Shown: positions 38,268 through 52,814, numbered from the whole stretch's first letter. The stretch: DNA of 63,859 bases, filler included, from Chiloscyllium plagiosum (GCF_004010195.1; 3 parts of one record of this genome joined end to end with filler, not necessarily neighbours in it), one strand, 5' to 3'. Numbers and translations: made by a program. The notes: generated by a model not told the origin, from the letters alone.

Positions 38268-39160
38268 GAATAGAACACAGAACTGTACAGCTCAGGAACG
38301 ATGTTATGACAAGCATGATGCCAAATTAAACAAATCCCTTCTGCCTGGCCTTGGTCCATATCCCTGCATTCTTTACATATTTGTGTGCTTATCTCAAAGT
38401 TTCTTAAACACCCCTATCCTATCTGCCTCCACCACCATCTCTGACAGTGCGTTCCAGGCTCCTACGACTCTGTTCATAAAAACCTGCCCTTCTTGTCTCC
38501 TTTGAACTTGTCCTCTCTCACCTTCAATGCATGCCCCTTAGAATTAGATATTTCAACACTGGGAAAAAGATTCTGATCATCAAGGCTATCTATACATCTC
38601 ATAGTTTTATGAACTTCTATCAAATCTCCCCTCAGCCTTTGCCGCTCCAGGGAAAACAACCTGAGTTTTTCCAGCCTCTCCTTGTAGCTCATGTCCTCTA
38701 ATCCAGGTAGAATCCTGGTAAACCTCTTCTTCACCTTGTCCATAGCCTCCACATCCTTCCTGTAATGTGGTGACCAGAATTGAATGCAATACTCTAAGTG
38801 TGGCCTAACCAAAGTCTTATAAAGCTGCATCATAACAGCCTGACTCTTGTAGTCAATTCTCTGACCAATACAGGCAAGCATGCCATACACGCTAACTACT
38901 TGTGGCCACTTTCAGGGAGCTATGGACTTGAACCCCAAGATCCCTCAGTATGTCAATGCTGTTCAGAGTCCTGCCATTAACAGCATACTTTTCCTTAACA
39001 TTTTTGATCTCCCAAAGTGCAGAGCACCTCACATTTACCCAGATTAAACTCCATCTGCCATTTCTCCCTGCATATCTGCACCTGATCTCTATACCACAAT
39101 AGTCTCTGATAACCTTCTGCACTACCACTATCCACAAGTCCACCAATCTTTGTATCAGTG
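38268..39160 (-). mobile_element. CR1 RT end to 3'UTR
   Basis: LYKTLVRPHLEYCIQFWSPHYRKD..GDLIEVHK. Confidence 0.95.
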
Positions 39161-40049
39161 TCTAAAATCTCAGGGAACTGGTCCAGCCCCTTATCGGGGC
39201 TGAAGAAACCTGATAAGATGAAAACATAGTCATTATAGAAAGATTTTTTTAAAACTTAGTCGAAGTGGAAAAAGGAAGACAAACGGGAAAACAGGGAGAG
39301 AGCAAGTAACTGACATATAGAACACAATCCATGAATTTATTGTGAGTAGCGTCTGAAGCTATGATTAGGTATCTCCACTGAAAGCTGCTAAACGGATAAG
39401 TGAGACCAAGACAGTGACTGCAAATGAACATTTGGAGAGGAGAAAGGAAAAAGAAAATATGTAATGAGATGCTTTTTTAAGGAGGTGAGGAAACATGTTG
39501 AAACAAAACAAATATTACAAACAGGAAGATATTGTAAATTGGGTTGAAAATCCAAGACTCTGTACTTAAGTGTATTTTCACATAGAGTTCCAGAAGGGAC
39601 GGCTCATAAATGTTGCTTGTGTAGCTTTTTGTTTAACAATAACTTGGGGAAGTAATATTCTCCTAAAAGGAAAAGCATGCTCTGAGTAAGACTCCAAAAA
39701 TGTAAAACAGATTCAGGAAGGGAGGCATAATAATTAGAGAGAACTGGAATGACACGATTGAACCTAAAATTAAGATGCCAATGGCTAGTAGAACACAATT
39801 CAACATGTTAGCCAACAAGTAGCATTGAGTCATTCAATGAGTTGCAGCATTTCACCCCACAAGAACCCATTTTCTCAACACTCAAATGGCCATCATTCCA
39901 GTGGGGGACGTAGTAAATGTAGCAAAAATGCTCTGCAGATATTGAAACATGGTCAGCGTCATCAACAGACATTAATGACTGGGAGGAGCCTGAAACTAAT
40001 TGTTCAAAATGGGACAACTTGCCCATCAACATGCATCATATCACAGAGA

Positions 40050-40585
40050 TGAAATGCAAGACCTCACACATCTATATTAAACTCCATTTGCCATTTCTTG
40101 CCCACTTCCCCAGCTGAGCAAAGTCCTGCTGCAATTTCTGATAACCTTCCTCACTGTCCACAATACTGCCTATTTTAGTATCATCTGCAAATTTACTAAT
40201 TATGCCTTGGATATTCTCATCCAAATAATTGATTAAAGATAACAAACAGCAATGGACCCAGCACTGACCCCTGAGGCACTCCACTTGTCGCAGGTCTCCA
40301 GTCCAACAAGCATCTTTCCACTATTACCTTCTGCTTCCTACTATCAAGCCAATTGTGTATCCAATTTACCAGCTCCCCCTGGATTCCTTGCAATCAAACC
40401 TTCCAGAGTAGCCTACATGCGGAACCTTATCAAAGGCTTATTGAAACCCATATAGACTACGTCTACTGCCCTGCCATCATCAACCTTCCTGGTCACTTTA
40501 TCAAAGAACTGTAACAAATTTGTGAGGCATGATCTCTGACACACAAAGCCGTGCTGACCACCCTTAATCAAACCCTGTCTTACCA
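40050..40585 (-). mobile_element. CR1 RT fragment
   Basis: ISKFADDTKIG. Confidence 0.9.
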
Positions 40586-41319
40586 TGGATCTGTATAACT
40601 TAGCATAAGATATATACTGGCTTTCAGAATAAAGCTAAACTTATTTTAATTGCTGTGTAACCACTCCCCTTCTACCAATGTGCAGATTACATTTCAGTTG
40701 GTTGGAGAAATGAGATTTTGACCAGCTTGGAATTAATTCATATCTAACTGTAGGACTCCCATTAAGTGAGGTCACTTGATCAATTTGTATTCATTCAGTG
40801 CTGATTCCCGACTGTGTTAATAATAGACTGTTTAACAGCAGTCGAGATTAAAGGGATAATATCTATCATACCAGTTTGTAAGAACTCTGTAGGGTGTCTT
40901 CATCTAAATATGTGCAGAAAGTTGCAATTCGTCTTACTCAGCTGGGACTCTCACGCTCTCTCTCTGATGACTGTGATTCTTCTGCTGCAAGTTGAGATGA
41001 AACCAGAGACTGGCCATTGAATTAGTTTGTTGACTGGAGGGTTTAATTCCCTCAGAGCACTGTTTTCAATAGGGTGATACCTGCATCAGTTTCTGCTTGT
41101 GTTGTTGTACTGCAGGCATGCACCAGTTCAGACAGGAATCAAAATAATTGAAAACGGAGAGCGAGTGAGAAAAATAGGCTGAAAGGAGGTGGGCCGAATG
41201 GCCTTTTACTGCACTGCAATAGTTTTGTGATTCTGTGAAATAAACTGTCGTGATCAGTTGTATGATGGAAAGGGTGAAGCTCCCTCCTGCACTCTATTGA
41301 GGGAATGCTCAAAACAGCA

Positions 41320-41940
41320 CTTTAATTTTAAATTGCTCACTCTTGCTTTTAAATCCATCCATGTCCTTACTCCTCCCCATCTCTGTATTCTCTTCTCTTT
41401 TGTCATGACTTTGAAGTCAAAAGATTGAAGAACTGATGAAGGGGAAGCCAAGGTCAAAAACTATCTCCAGACTTTATCTTCTTTAGCTCTCATTTTCATG
41501 CATATTAATACCAAATACAACTGTATATGGTAATCGGGATGACCTAGGTTCTATTCTTGCTGTTAGATTATTGAAAGATGATTCTCTTCATGTCCTTCTC
41601 TCTTCATGCCAACTTAGCTCCGCCCACGCTGTGCTATTTATGCCCAGTGGGGAGCAGGACTGTGAAATCATCGTAAAGTTGCTCCAGGGTCCAAAACCCC
41701 ACCAGCAAATCATCCAGTCCCACAATCCTTGGATATATCTGCGCTCCCCTAATTCTGGTCTCATGGGCATCCTTGGCTTTCAATATTCCACCAATGGTGG
41801 CTGAGCCTTCAACTGTCCAGGCTTTAATTTTTTCTTCCGCTTCCAAGAAAATACTCTTTAAAACTAATGTCTTCAACCAGGCTTTCAGTCATCTGCCTAA
41901 TATCACTTTATTTGGTTTAGTGATAAAAGTTACAACATTC
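41320..41940 (+). mobile_element. Interrupted L2-like LINE 3' remnant
   Basis: Decayed FKSIH.L.P..L segment and GG.AF..LKT..F-type end. Confidence 0.5.
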
Positions 41941-42779
41941 CTCTGACTCAGCCTAGTCTATTTTATTCCAAGTAAAGCTTATTTGATGCAATTCCCAGTT
42001 TAGTTAGTGATAGTCAGCCTGGATTTACGAAGGAAAGGTTATCTTTGAGAAACCCAATTGCATTTTTCACACAGGTAACCAGGATTTTTGGTAAAGGTCA
42101 TTCATTTGATGTGTTCTATATGCACGCTAGCAAAGTTTTTGATAAGGTGCACCACAACAGATTGGGCAGGAAACTAAGAGCCCATGGGGTCCAAGGCAGA
42201 GTGACATATTGGATCCAAAATTCTATGAGAGGCAGAAAACCAAGGGAAATGGTTCCTGAGACTGGAAGTGTGTTTCCAGACATCACACAGAGACTGGAGT
42301 TGGAGCCTTGCTGTCTGTGTTATATATATATGTGAAATATATAGGTCTTAAAGCACCATTCCCTTTAATTGCTTTACCAGCTATGCAGGCCTCTGAGGGC
42401 AGTGAGCAGCAGAGACTTTGGAATTGGAAATCAATGGCACGATCAGCATGCTGACAGCTGTGTGTGGAAGATTGGCTTGGCTACACACTATTACACAGCT
42501 GAGAGGGAATGTTAGTCAAGAGCTTGAAAATGTGAAACCTGATCTATATTGCCTGGAGCAGGCACGGCAGGCTGAATGGCCACCTTTGGTTCTGTAAATT
42601 TCTATTGTTAGATCTCTTTGTCAAAATTTCAATTAAATGACACTCCCAAAGTCTTCATACATAAGACCTTTGCAGGATCAAACAGGGAGCTTGAGTGTTA
42701 ATTGGCCACAAACTGCATTCACTGGTCAGGTTTCTACTTTAGCAGAATCATCTTACAGAGTAGCTTTGTTGAAATCCGA

Positions 42780-43115
42780 AGAGGGGTTGGTAGTGTTATT
42801 GGGGTTAGTAATCCAGAGTCCCAGATTTATGCTTCGGGCATTTGGATGCAAATCCCAAACATGGGAGATGGTGAATCTTAGAATTCAACAAAATTTTGGA
42901 ATTAAAAATGCTCGTCAAATGACATCACTGTCAATTGTCAAAAAAAAATCAGTCAGTTCCCCTTTCGGGAGGGAAATCTGCTATCCTTACGTGGTCTGGT
43001 CTACAAGTGATACTAGACTCACAACAATGTGGTTGACTCTTAAATGTCGTCTGGCCAATCAAGAATGGGCAATAAATGCTGGCTCAATGTTGTCCATAAA
43101 CCTATGAGTGAATAT
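42780..43115 (+). mobile_element. tRNA-derived SINE (family B)
   Basis: Matches the other family-B copies. Confidence 0.75.
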
Positions 43116-44221
43116 AAGTAAGAGAAATGTAACTAATGCTGGGAAGAGGGACAGACCTAGCTTTGAGGGTTGACGCATGACAGAGACAGCCCAATCTCCC
43201 CTTCTCACCTGAACTTCCCAACCAAGCGCAGGAGATGAAACAGTCCTTTCACCTCCTCCCTTCTCAACATACAGGTCCCCAAACCCCTTTCAGGTGAAAT
43301 AGTCATCTGTTTGTACATTAGTTCATGATTGTGACCCTATGTTTCCAGTTGCTTAGCATTTTAATTTCCCTCTCCCACTTGGAACTGTTCAGCATCAGAT
43401 GCTATATTATTCTAAAAGGGACAAATCATCTTTTGATTAGGCCTTACAGAATCAGAGTTTAACAATTGCAGATCAGAAGTACTCTCCCAATTTTCCGGGA
43501 GGTAGGCACCCACCCATTGTTGATTCCACTGTCAAATTGATGTTGCACATGTGGAAATAGACATCTAAATACTTGAGGTATATAATAGCTGATGTGGTTA
43601 TGCTGACAGTAAGAGAGTAGAACACAGAGAGATGCCTGTAATGGAGCAGGACTAAGACTGTCCATTAGAGAATTGTGTTCAGTAATGACATGTGTGTGTT
43701 TAAGTAATCAGTATCACAGTACTGAAGAGGGTGAAAGAGATGTATCTCAGATAAGGAGAAAATAGTGGACATAGAGACCAAAGATAGCTATAGCCCACTT
43801 AAAAGGGAAGAATCTCAAAATGTCAAACAAGAGTTGATTCAATGCACTAATACAGCATGCTAGCAGCATAAAGCATACTCAAACCAGACTCACATCAAAT
43901 GAATAATGACAAGGAAAAGTGGCAGGGAGATCATGCTTGGGTCAAATATAGCACTAACATTGTGAATAGCTCAGTTTTGACTCAGATAATTACCAGCTAC
44001 CTCCATTAAGACAATGGAAAGGGATATTGATGCTCCTATAAAGTGCTTGTGACAATGATTTCTATCATCAGATGAATAGGACAAAGTAAGCATGAAGAAC
44101 AATGTATATAGGAGTTGGGAGGTCATGTTACAACTGTACAGGACATTAGTTAGGCCACTTTTGGAATACTGCGTTTAATTCTATTCTCCCTGCTATAGGA
44201 AGGATGTTGTTAAACTTGAAG

Positions 44222-45071
44222 TTAAAAATCAAACAACACCAGGTTATAGTCCAACAGGTTTAATTGGAAGCACTAGCTTTCGAGGCAGTGCTCCTTCATC
44301 AGCTGGTTGTGGAATATAAGATCGTAAGACACATAATTTATAGCAAAAGCTTACACTGTGATGCAAGCAAAATCATATATTAAAAGTTCTGATGCAACTG
44401 AAATGGTATATTGAAAAAGACCTGGATTGTTTGTTTAGTCTCTCATCTTTTAGAATGACCATGTTGATTTCAGTTCTTTCATATGTAAATCCCAGAACTT
44501 TTACTTAAAGTTAAATTCTCAACTTTAACAATAGGCACCAAGCACTAATACGCATGCGCGCACACACACATATATAGGTTTGTGAGGTCAATTTGTACTT
44601 GCAGAATTACATTTTATTTTGCTCAAAAACTGCATGAATCCATGTAAGATTCTGTAAATCCCTTTTTTACATTAGAATCTGGGCATAGACAGCCTCACAC
44701 AGGGCACCTTATACCTTCAATGCATTATCTGAGCTGGCATGGCACCTACTGTTAAAGTTCACTTGAGAATGTAACTTTAAAAAAAAGTTCTGAGATTTAC
44801 GTATGAAAGAATCAAAACCAACATGTTATTCTAAAAGATAAGAGACTTAACAAACAATCCACGCCTTTTTCAATATACCATTTCAGTTGCATCACACTGT
44901 AAACTTTTGCTATAAATTCTGTGTCTTATGATCTTTTACTCCACAACCACCTGATGAAGGAGCAGTGTTCCGAAAGCTAGTGCTTCCAATTAAACCTGTT
45001 GGGCTATAACCTGATGTTGATTTTTAACTTTGTACACCCCAGTCCAACACGGGCACCTCCAAATCATTACA
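44222..45071 (+). mobile_element. Fold-back PLE pLTR derivative (family A) with ~320-bp inverted arms
   Basis: Arms ~44221-44540 and ~44743-45030; tail; TSD TTAAACTTGAAG (44210-44221) / TTAAACTTTAAG (45072-45083). Confidence 0.92.
44945..44985 (+). ncRNA. Minimal type I hammerhead ribozyme motif (family A)
   Basis: CAC-CTGATGA-A-GGAGC AGT GTTCC-GAA AGCT A-GTG: stem I CAC/GTG, palindromic stem III, CUA triplet. Confidence 0.8.
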
Positions 45072-46460
45072 TTAAACTTTAAGGGGTTCAGAAAAGATTT
45101 ACAAGGATGTTGCCAAGGTTAGAGGGTTTGAGTTATCAGTAGATGCTGATTGGGCTGGGGTTGTTTTCCCTTGAGCATTGGAGATGGAAGGGTGACCTTA
45201 TGAAAGGTTGTGAAACCATGAGAGGCATGGATAGTGTAGATAGTCAAAGTCTTTTACCCAGGGTAGGGGAGTCCAAAACTAAAGGGCACAGGTTTAAGGT
45301 GAGAGGGTAAAGGTTTAGAAGGGACCTAAGGGGTAATGTTTTCACACAGAGGGTGGTGTGTCTATGGAATGAGCTGCCAGAGGAAGTGGTAGAGGCTGTA
45401 TAATTATAACTGTTAAAAGACATCTGGATGGGTACGTGAATAGGAAGAGTTTAGAGGAATTGGGCCAAATGCTGACAAATGCGACTAGATTAGGTTAGGA
45501 TATCTGATTGACATGGATGAGTTGGACCAAGGGGTCTGTCTCCATGCTGTACATCTCTATGACTCTATAACAACTACAATAATAAGAATGGTGTTTTGTA
45601 GACACGGCAAATCCAGTTATGAATCTAAAGTGGCTTCAATTAGCCAATTCAGGCCTGGAAGTGAAGAACTGAATTCAATACAAACTATAGGGACTTGGAC
45701 TTAGATTCAATTACTTCTTAATTTCTTTTTCAGGTATGTTACTTGTCGAGAATACTATGAGTGTTTCTCTTTGCACTAATGCTGATATAACAGTCATAGC
45801 ACTTAGACTGATTTAACTTAGCTGAGAAGCACCTTGCAACATGCAGAGCTGGTGAAAGGCTTTATATTAACACTAGCTTGGATGAGGGAGAATTCACACC
45901 CACTCTATTGCTTTGCAATAGGTGCCGGGAACTTCCTGCAGCAACCATGTTTCTTCAGAATATAGCCAGAAGCTTGTGGGGCTACTCTTATAGATTTTGT
46001 CTCTCCTTCAATAAAACAAAGAACTGCAGATGCTGTAAATCTGAAACAGAAAGAGAAACAGAAATTACTGGTGGAACTCAACAGGTCCAGTAACATCTGT
46101 GGAGAGAGAAAGCAGAGTTAACATTCCTGGTTCAGCGACACTTCAATTTAACTTCCTCCTTCTTTTGGCTCAGCCTGCACAATTAATTTAGATAGTGCAT
46201 TCAATGTTATGTCAGTGGTTCTCAAAGTTTTCCCGAGGGACCTCCAGGTGTACTGTGGTCTGCTGCAAAGTGTAGGTCACTGACACACAAAATCGATGCT
46301 ATGTAAAAGTGCAGACCAGTCACACAGGTTATGTCACTTTATGTTTCCTGTCTATGTAACTCCAGTCTTCATAAACGTGATCAACAACAGCATGGTGTCT
46401 CTGCAAGAATTATGTGTTTGTTGATTTTGGTTGAATAATATATATCTATATTACGATATT

Positions 46461-46766
46461 GCGGTGGTTAGCATTGCTGCCTCACAGTGCCAGGGACCAG
46501 GGTTCAATTCCCACCTTGTCTGTGTGGAGCTTGTACATTCTCCCCGTGTTTGTGTGGGTTTCCTCCGGGTGCTCTGGTTTCCTCCCACAATCTAAAGATG
46601 TGCAGGTCAGGTGAATTACACATGCTAAATTGCCCATAGTGTTATGTGCATTAATCAGGGGTAAATATAGGGTAGGGGAATGGGTGTGGGTGGGTTACTC
46701 TTTGAGAATTGGTGTGGACTTGTTGGGTCGAAGGGTCTGTTTCCACACTGTAGGGAATATAATCTA
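46461..46766 (+). mobile_element. HE1-type SINE
   Basis: tRNA head with GGTTCAATTCC B box, V-SINE-like core, CR1-derived tail. Confidence 0.9.
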
Positions 46767-47229
46767 AGTATTAGCTTCTCAGGAGGAAATTATTGTAACC
46801 ATTTAATAACAATAAATAAATATGAAATTGTCTGTTTTAATTTTAAATTTACACTTCTGTCTTCTTCAGTGTGTGTTAGTAAGGCATTCGGCTCACGGAG
46901 TGTACACTGACCCTCTGAATAGCATCCCACCCAGACCCACTCTCTCTACCCTATCCCTGTAACCCTGCAATTCTCGTGGCTAATCCACCTAACTTGCACA
47001 TCCTCGGACAGTATGGTGAATTTAGCATGGCCAATCCAACCAGCCTGCACATCTTTACTGTGGAAGGAAACACATGCAGACACAGGATTAGTACATTTGG
47101 AGAGGGAAAGATTTGCAGGGCTATGGGCCAGGAGCAGGCAGATGGGACTAGTTCAGTTTGGGATTATGTTCGGCATGGACTGGTTGGACTGAAAGGTCTG
47201 TTTCTGTGCTGGATGATTCCATATGTAAT

Positions 47230-48150
47230 AGTATTATGGAGAAAAAAAACTGCAAAAAGCTGCATTTCAAAGGAACTTGGGGTGGCTTATACATGAAACA
47301 CAGAAAGCTAGTACACAGGCTCAACAATTAGTCAGGAATCCTAATTAAATGTTGGCACTTATTTCAAAGGGGGTTGGAGTATAAGAGTAGGGAAATCTTA
47401 CTGCAGCTGTATCAGATGCTGTTGAGACCACATCTGGTGAATGCTTGGCAGGTTTCATCCCCTTATGATTAACTCATTGGGACAGTTTCAGGGAAAGGTG
47501 ACTATGATGATGCCTGCTCAGAAGGGATTTTCTTATTAGCAAAGGTTGGGTCACTGCTTATTGGAACTTACAAGAATGAGAGGTGATCTAACTGAAACAC
47601 ATTGGATTCTTAAGGGTGGGACAGGGTAAATGTTGAGGGGATGCATTCCCTTGGAGGAGCCTAAGACTGTGATTGATGACAGCGTAAAATCACACAGGAA
47701 TAATATTAGATCAAGTGAATGGACGAAGCTATAGCAGACGGAGTTCAGTGTAAGCAAATGTGAAGTTATTCATTTTGGACTGATCAGGGTACTTTCTAGA
47801 ATGTATGAAGTTAAATATAATGGATGTCCAAAGACTTTTCTGTGCATAGGTCTTTACAATGTCACAATAGATGCAGAAAATAATCAAGAAAGCTGGTGGA
47901 ATGCTGGTCTTTATATCAAAAGGACTAGAGTATAATGCTGTCATTATACAAAATCCTGGATAGACCCCACTTGGAGTACTGTGAACAGAGCTGGGCATCA
48001 TGCCTTCGGAAGGATATATTAGCCTTGGAGGGAGTACAATAGAATGATATCTAGACTTTAAGGGTTAAGCTGTGAGGAGAGATAATGCAAATTATGCCGA
48101 TTTTCTCTCGAATTTCAACGGTTAAGAGGCAATCTTCAAAATATTAACAG
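47230..48150 (+). mobile_element. Decayed CR1 fragments
   Basis: RPHLEYC-like segments at ~47425 and ~47960. Confidence 0.7.
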
Positions 48151-48153
48151 TTT

Positions 48154-48460
48154 GGGTGGCACGGTGGCTCAGTGGTTAGCACTGCTGCCTCGCAGCACCA
48201 GGGACCCGGGTTTAATTCCAGTCTTGGGCTACTGTCTGTGTGGAGTTTGCACATTCTGGGTTTCCTCCGGTTGCTCCTGTTTCCTCTCACAGTCCAAAAA
48301 CGTGCAAGTCAGGGTGGATTGGCCATGCTAAATTGCCCCATAGTGATAGGTGCATGAGTAGGGGAATGGGTCTGGGTGGGTTACTCTTCCGAGGATCGGT
48401 GTGGACTTGTTGGGCTGAAGGGCCTATTTCCGCACTGTAGGGAATCTAATCTAATCTAAT
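48154..48460 (+). mobile_element. Full-length HE1-type SINE
   Basis: A box TGGCTCAGTGG (48165), B box GGTTTAATTCC (48209), tail (AATCT)n. Confidence 0.93.
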
Positions 48461-49387
48461 GAAATGTACGTAGGGCTATGGACCAAAAGCAGTTCTTTTA
48501 TGTGGCAGATCAGCCATTATCTCATTGAATGGTGAGACAGGCTCAATGGACTGAATGCTCTACTCCTGTTCCTTTCTTCCTATAATCTCAGATCTAAAGA
48601 GGCCATTTTAATACTGAGATGAGGAGGAATTTCTTCTCTCAGAGGATTGTGAGTCTTTGGAACTCCTTGCCACACAGAGCTGTGGGGGCAGAGTCCTCAT
48701 GTATATTTAAGGCTGAGATCGGGAGATCTTTGATCAGTAGGGGAATCAAGGGTTATAGGGAAAGGCAGGAAAGTGGAGGTGAGGCGTGCCAGATCAGTCA
48801 AGATCTTATTCAATGGTGCCACAGACTCAAGGGACCAAACAGCCTACTCCTGTTCCTATTTCCCTTGGTCTTCTTTCTCATAATTCCTCAGAAATTCCTG
48901 CTGCTACAGGTTGGTCAGACCATGAGCTTGAGATTGGAGTCATTTATTTAGCATCTAAAGCGTGCGTGGCCTGATAAGTCATGGTCTACTGCTCAGCGAT
49001 GATTAGGAGGAGATGTGGCAGCACGGAATCACATTCTGGCCTCTGATAGTTGAGTGACAGCTTCTCACCCTTGGATTTTAATACCTGTGCACAGATATTT
49101 GATAAAGTCCTTTTTCAACACTCCAGTTCGTCAGGCATAGAAGGGACATTAATAGGAGTGAGGAGTGATCTTGGAAGAAATATTTTGTTTGAATTTTGTT
49201 ATGATGATGATCAGAACCCCAAGTATTTATTACCATTTTTAAAAATTCTGAATGTGTTTTTTTCAAAAGGGAAAAAAGACCTATGGAATTGGATTCAGTG
49301 AAACCTGTGTGAAGCCAATGGAATAGAAACATGGAAATATAGGAACAGGAGTAGGCCTTTCAGCCCTTCCAGCCTACCCTGCCATTC

Positions 49388-49815
49388 ATGGGATTGTATT
49401 CACTGGAGTTTAGAAGATTAAGGGGCGATCTAATAGAAACTTACAAGATAATACATGGCTTGGAAAGGGTGGACGCTAGGAAATTGTATCTGTTAGGCGA
49501 GGAGACTAGGGCCCACGGACACAGCCTTAGAATAGAGGGGGTAAATTCAGAACAGAAATGCGGAGACATTTCTTCAGCCAGAGAGTGGTGGGCCTGTGGA
49601 ATTCATTGCTGCAGAGTGCAGTGGAGGGCGGGATGCTAAATGTCTTCAAGGCAGAGATTGATAAATTCTTGATGTCACAAGGAATTAAGGGCTACGGGGA
49701 GAATGCGGGTAAGTGGAGTTGGAATGCCCATCAGTCATGATTGAAAGGCAGAGTGGACTCGATGGGCTGAATGGCCTTACTTCCACTCCTATGTCTTATG
49801 GTCTTATGGTCTTAC
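49388..49815 (+). mobile_element. Young CR1 3' end nested in an opposite-strand CR1 (~49320-50345)
   Basis: GLYSLEFRRLRGDLIETYKI; (TCTTATGG)n tail. Confidence 0.92.
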
Positions 49816-51034
49816 GGCTGAGCGTCCAACTCAGAAGCCTGATTTCATCTTCTCCCCAAAACCTTTAATCTTTTTAGCCCCAATAAATACATATAACAGC
49901 TTCTAGGAAAACATTCAGTGTTTTCCCTTCAACTGCTGTCTGTGCCACAAACTTACCACTGTCTGGGTGGAGAAATTGCTTCACATCTCAGTCCTAGACT
50001 TCTTTAGATTATGACCCCTGGTTCTGGACTCCCCAATCATTGGAAACATCCTTCCTGCATCTACCCTCTCTAGTCTTGTTAGAATTCTATAGGTTTCTAT
50101 GCGAACCCACCCCTACCCCAATGGATATAGTCCTAACTGAGCCAATCTTGCATCATGCCTCATTTCAGCCATTCCAGGAATCAGTCTACTAAAGCAGTCT
50201 CTCCATTCAACCTTGGATAAGGAGACCAAAAGTGCACATAATACTCTAGGTATGGTCTCACTAATGCCCTGCCAATTGCAGCAAAATGTTCCTGCTCTTC
50301 TACTCAAATCTTCTAGCTATGAAAGCCAAAATATGATTTGTTGCACAAGTAAATTGTCAGTGAGTCTTCAAATAGGGAAAGACATAACAAGAAAACAAAA
50401 TGAGGGGACAGACTTATCTCTCTTCCTCTCAGAGAATGGTTGGAGATGTGATTGGCTTATCTGCCAGAAGCACATAAATACGAGAGATTAAAAGTCAGTT
50501 TCAACTCTCCTGGAGTTGGCTAATGGGACTTACGGTCTTTTGCATACCAGCTTGCATTCAAGTGTTAACATGTTGTGACAGTCGCAGTTGAAATGCTATC
50601 TACTCATCACCCCTGTATTGCAGGTAAAGGTGGTTTCTGACTTTGTGCTGTAAACCAGTTAAAATGAAACAGAACAATAAAAAAAATTCTCTCCTTGAAT
50701 GCTGGAATTAAACACAATCACAAGATATTAGAATGACAGAATCTCAACTAACCTACAAAACAAAGGATTATGAAGCTAACTGTTGACCTACTATTGCTGA
50801 CATGACCAGCCATCTCCACTTTCTTTCTATGTATGTTGAGTTGCTATGTATTCTTATGTTTAGTAATTAATAAGCTCACTCTTTATATCAAGAATGTTGT
50901 GACGTTGACTCCTTTTAAAACATAATTTTAATGAGTGGTTTGGTAAATAAATGAGATCTAAGTTATCCCTCCTCACTGAGGAATTTAAAAGTTTAAGGTC
51001 TGGAACTCTAACAAATTGGGGCACCTCACCTAGG

Positions 51035-51224
51035 GACAGTAAGGACTGTGGGTGCTGGAAACCAGAGTCAATAGATGTGAGGCTGGAAGAGCACAGCAGG
51101 TCAGACAGCATCCGAGGAGCAGGAAAGCTGTTTCCTGACAAAGGGTTTCAGCCTGAAATGTTCACATTCCTGCTCTTCAGACAATGTCTGACCTGTTGTG
51201 TCCTTCCAGCTTCACATCTATTCG
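51035..51224. mobile_element. Short fold-back PLE pLTR (family B)
   Basis: Inverted arms around a decayed hammerhead; TSD ACCTCACCTAGG (51023-51034) / ACCTCACCTGGG (51225-51236). Confidence 0.8.
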
Positions 51225-51934
51225 ACCTCACCTGGGTCTCGTTGAAGCTAGTCATACAAACCATATAAATAGTTGTGTGTCACAGCAAAGAAACGGGCAA
51301 CTTGACCTGTCTGGTTTGTGCTGATTTCTTTCTGCAAAGAAGTCAGCACATTTAATATTTGTTTCTGCACTTTTAAATCTATTTCAAGCAACTATCTAAT
51401 GAACCTTTCAAAGAATTTGTGGAGTCTATTTAAATAATAACTTGTGACTAAGAACTCTCTGTTCTAGCTGTTCTCAATACAGAGGTTATCTTTTTTCTGA
51501 GGTTACCTTTGTACTGTGTAAATTTGTGCTGTTTTATTATGGTCTTGTCAACCTCTAGTAACAATTTATCACTAGTTATATAAACCTTCCTCATATTGAG
51601 AATCTCTAATACTTAACCTTTTGAAGTGGAGTGAAAAATGCCCTACCTTATCAATTTTCCCTTCCCTGGTTTAGCCATTCATCATTGGTAATCCTCCTAA
51701 CTTGCAAGATAATTACAGGAGACAACACTCCCATTGTAAATAAACTTTGGCTTGTCCATAATGTGAATAGAAACTAAACGTTTTCTATCTCTCTACAAAG
51801 CTGTTGGATTGATAAGAGTGATATCGTTTAATAGACAGATTTCAAATGCACTGGAAAACCTGCCAAAGAGCAGATTTAATATACATTACATGTATTTAAC
51901 TTGTAAGATCTTTTGAAAGGGCATATAAGCAGAT

Positions 51935-52730
51935 AGGCGAAAGTGAGGACTGCAGATGCTGGAGATTAGAGTCAAGAGAGTGGCGCTGGAAAAGCACAAC
52001 AGGTCAGGCAGCATCTGAGGAGCAGGTGAGTTGACATTTCGGACAAAAGCCCTTCATCAGGAATGAGTCGGGACCCTCAGGGATGGAAAGATAAATGGAA
52101 GGGGGTGGAGCTGGGGAGAAGGTAGCTGAGAGTGCAATAGGTGGATGGAGGTGGGGATAAAGGTCAGAGAGGAGGGTGGAGCAGATAGGTGGGAANNNNN
52201 NNNNNNNNNNNNNNNNNNNNNNNNNNNNNNNNNNNNNNNTTAATTAATTAANNNNNNNNNNNNNNNNNNNNNNNNNNNNNNNNNNNNNNNNNNNNAACCT
52301 GTGCCTACACCTCCTCCCTCACCTCTATCCAAGGCCCCTTCCATATCCATCAAAACTTTACCTGCACATCCACTAATATCATTTAATGTATCCGTTGCTC
52401 CCGATGCGGTCTCCTCTACATTGGGGAGACTGGCCGCCTCCTAGCAGAGCGCTTTTGGGAACATCTCCGAGACACCCGCACCAATCAACCAAACCGCCCG
52501 GTGGCCCAACATTTCAACTCCCCCTCCCACTCTGCCGAGGACATGGAGGTCCTGGGCCTCCTTCACCGCCGCTCCCTCACCACCAGACGCCTGGAGGAAG
52601 AACGCCTCATATTCCGCCTTGGAACACTTCAACCCCAGGGCATCAATGTGGACTTCAACAGCTTCCTCATTTCCCCTTCCCCCACCTCATCCTAGTTTCA
52701 AACTTCCAGTCCCCTTGACTTGTCCGAACA
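51935..52730. mobile_element. PLE family B: minus-strand pLTR, gap, plus-strand GIY-YIG end
   Basis: Hammerhead complement at ~52031-52061; CIRCSRCGLLYIGETGR and RRLEEERLIFRLGTLQPQGINVDF; continuity across the gap is unverified. Confidence 0.88.
52196..52295. other. 100-bp assembly gap with TTAATTAATTAA linker
   Basis: 44 N + 12 nt + 44 N. Confidence 0.97.
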
Positions 52731-52814
52731 ATGGTGTGTCTAACTGTTAGGCCGGAAAGGTCATACAGTCCCATTGGGGTGAGGGGAGGGGAGAGAGGAC
52801 ACAGTGAAAGAGAA

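Larger units (their letters stand above)
44105..45570 (+). mobile_element. CR1 3' portion interrupted by a PLE fold-back
   Basis: LYRTLVRPLLEYC before the insertion, VQKRFTRMLP after it, then 3'UTR. Confidence 0.9.

Noticed and set aside
48154..48225. tRNA gene
   Set aside because: The A/B boxes are the head of a HE1-type SINE and run on into the SINE core and tail.
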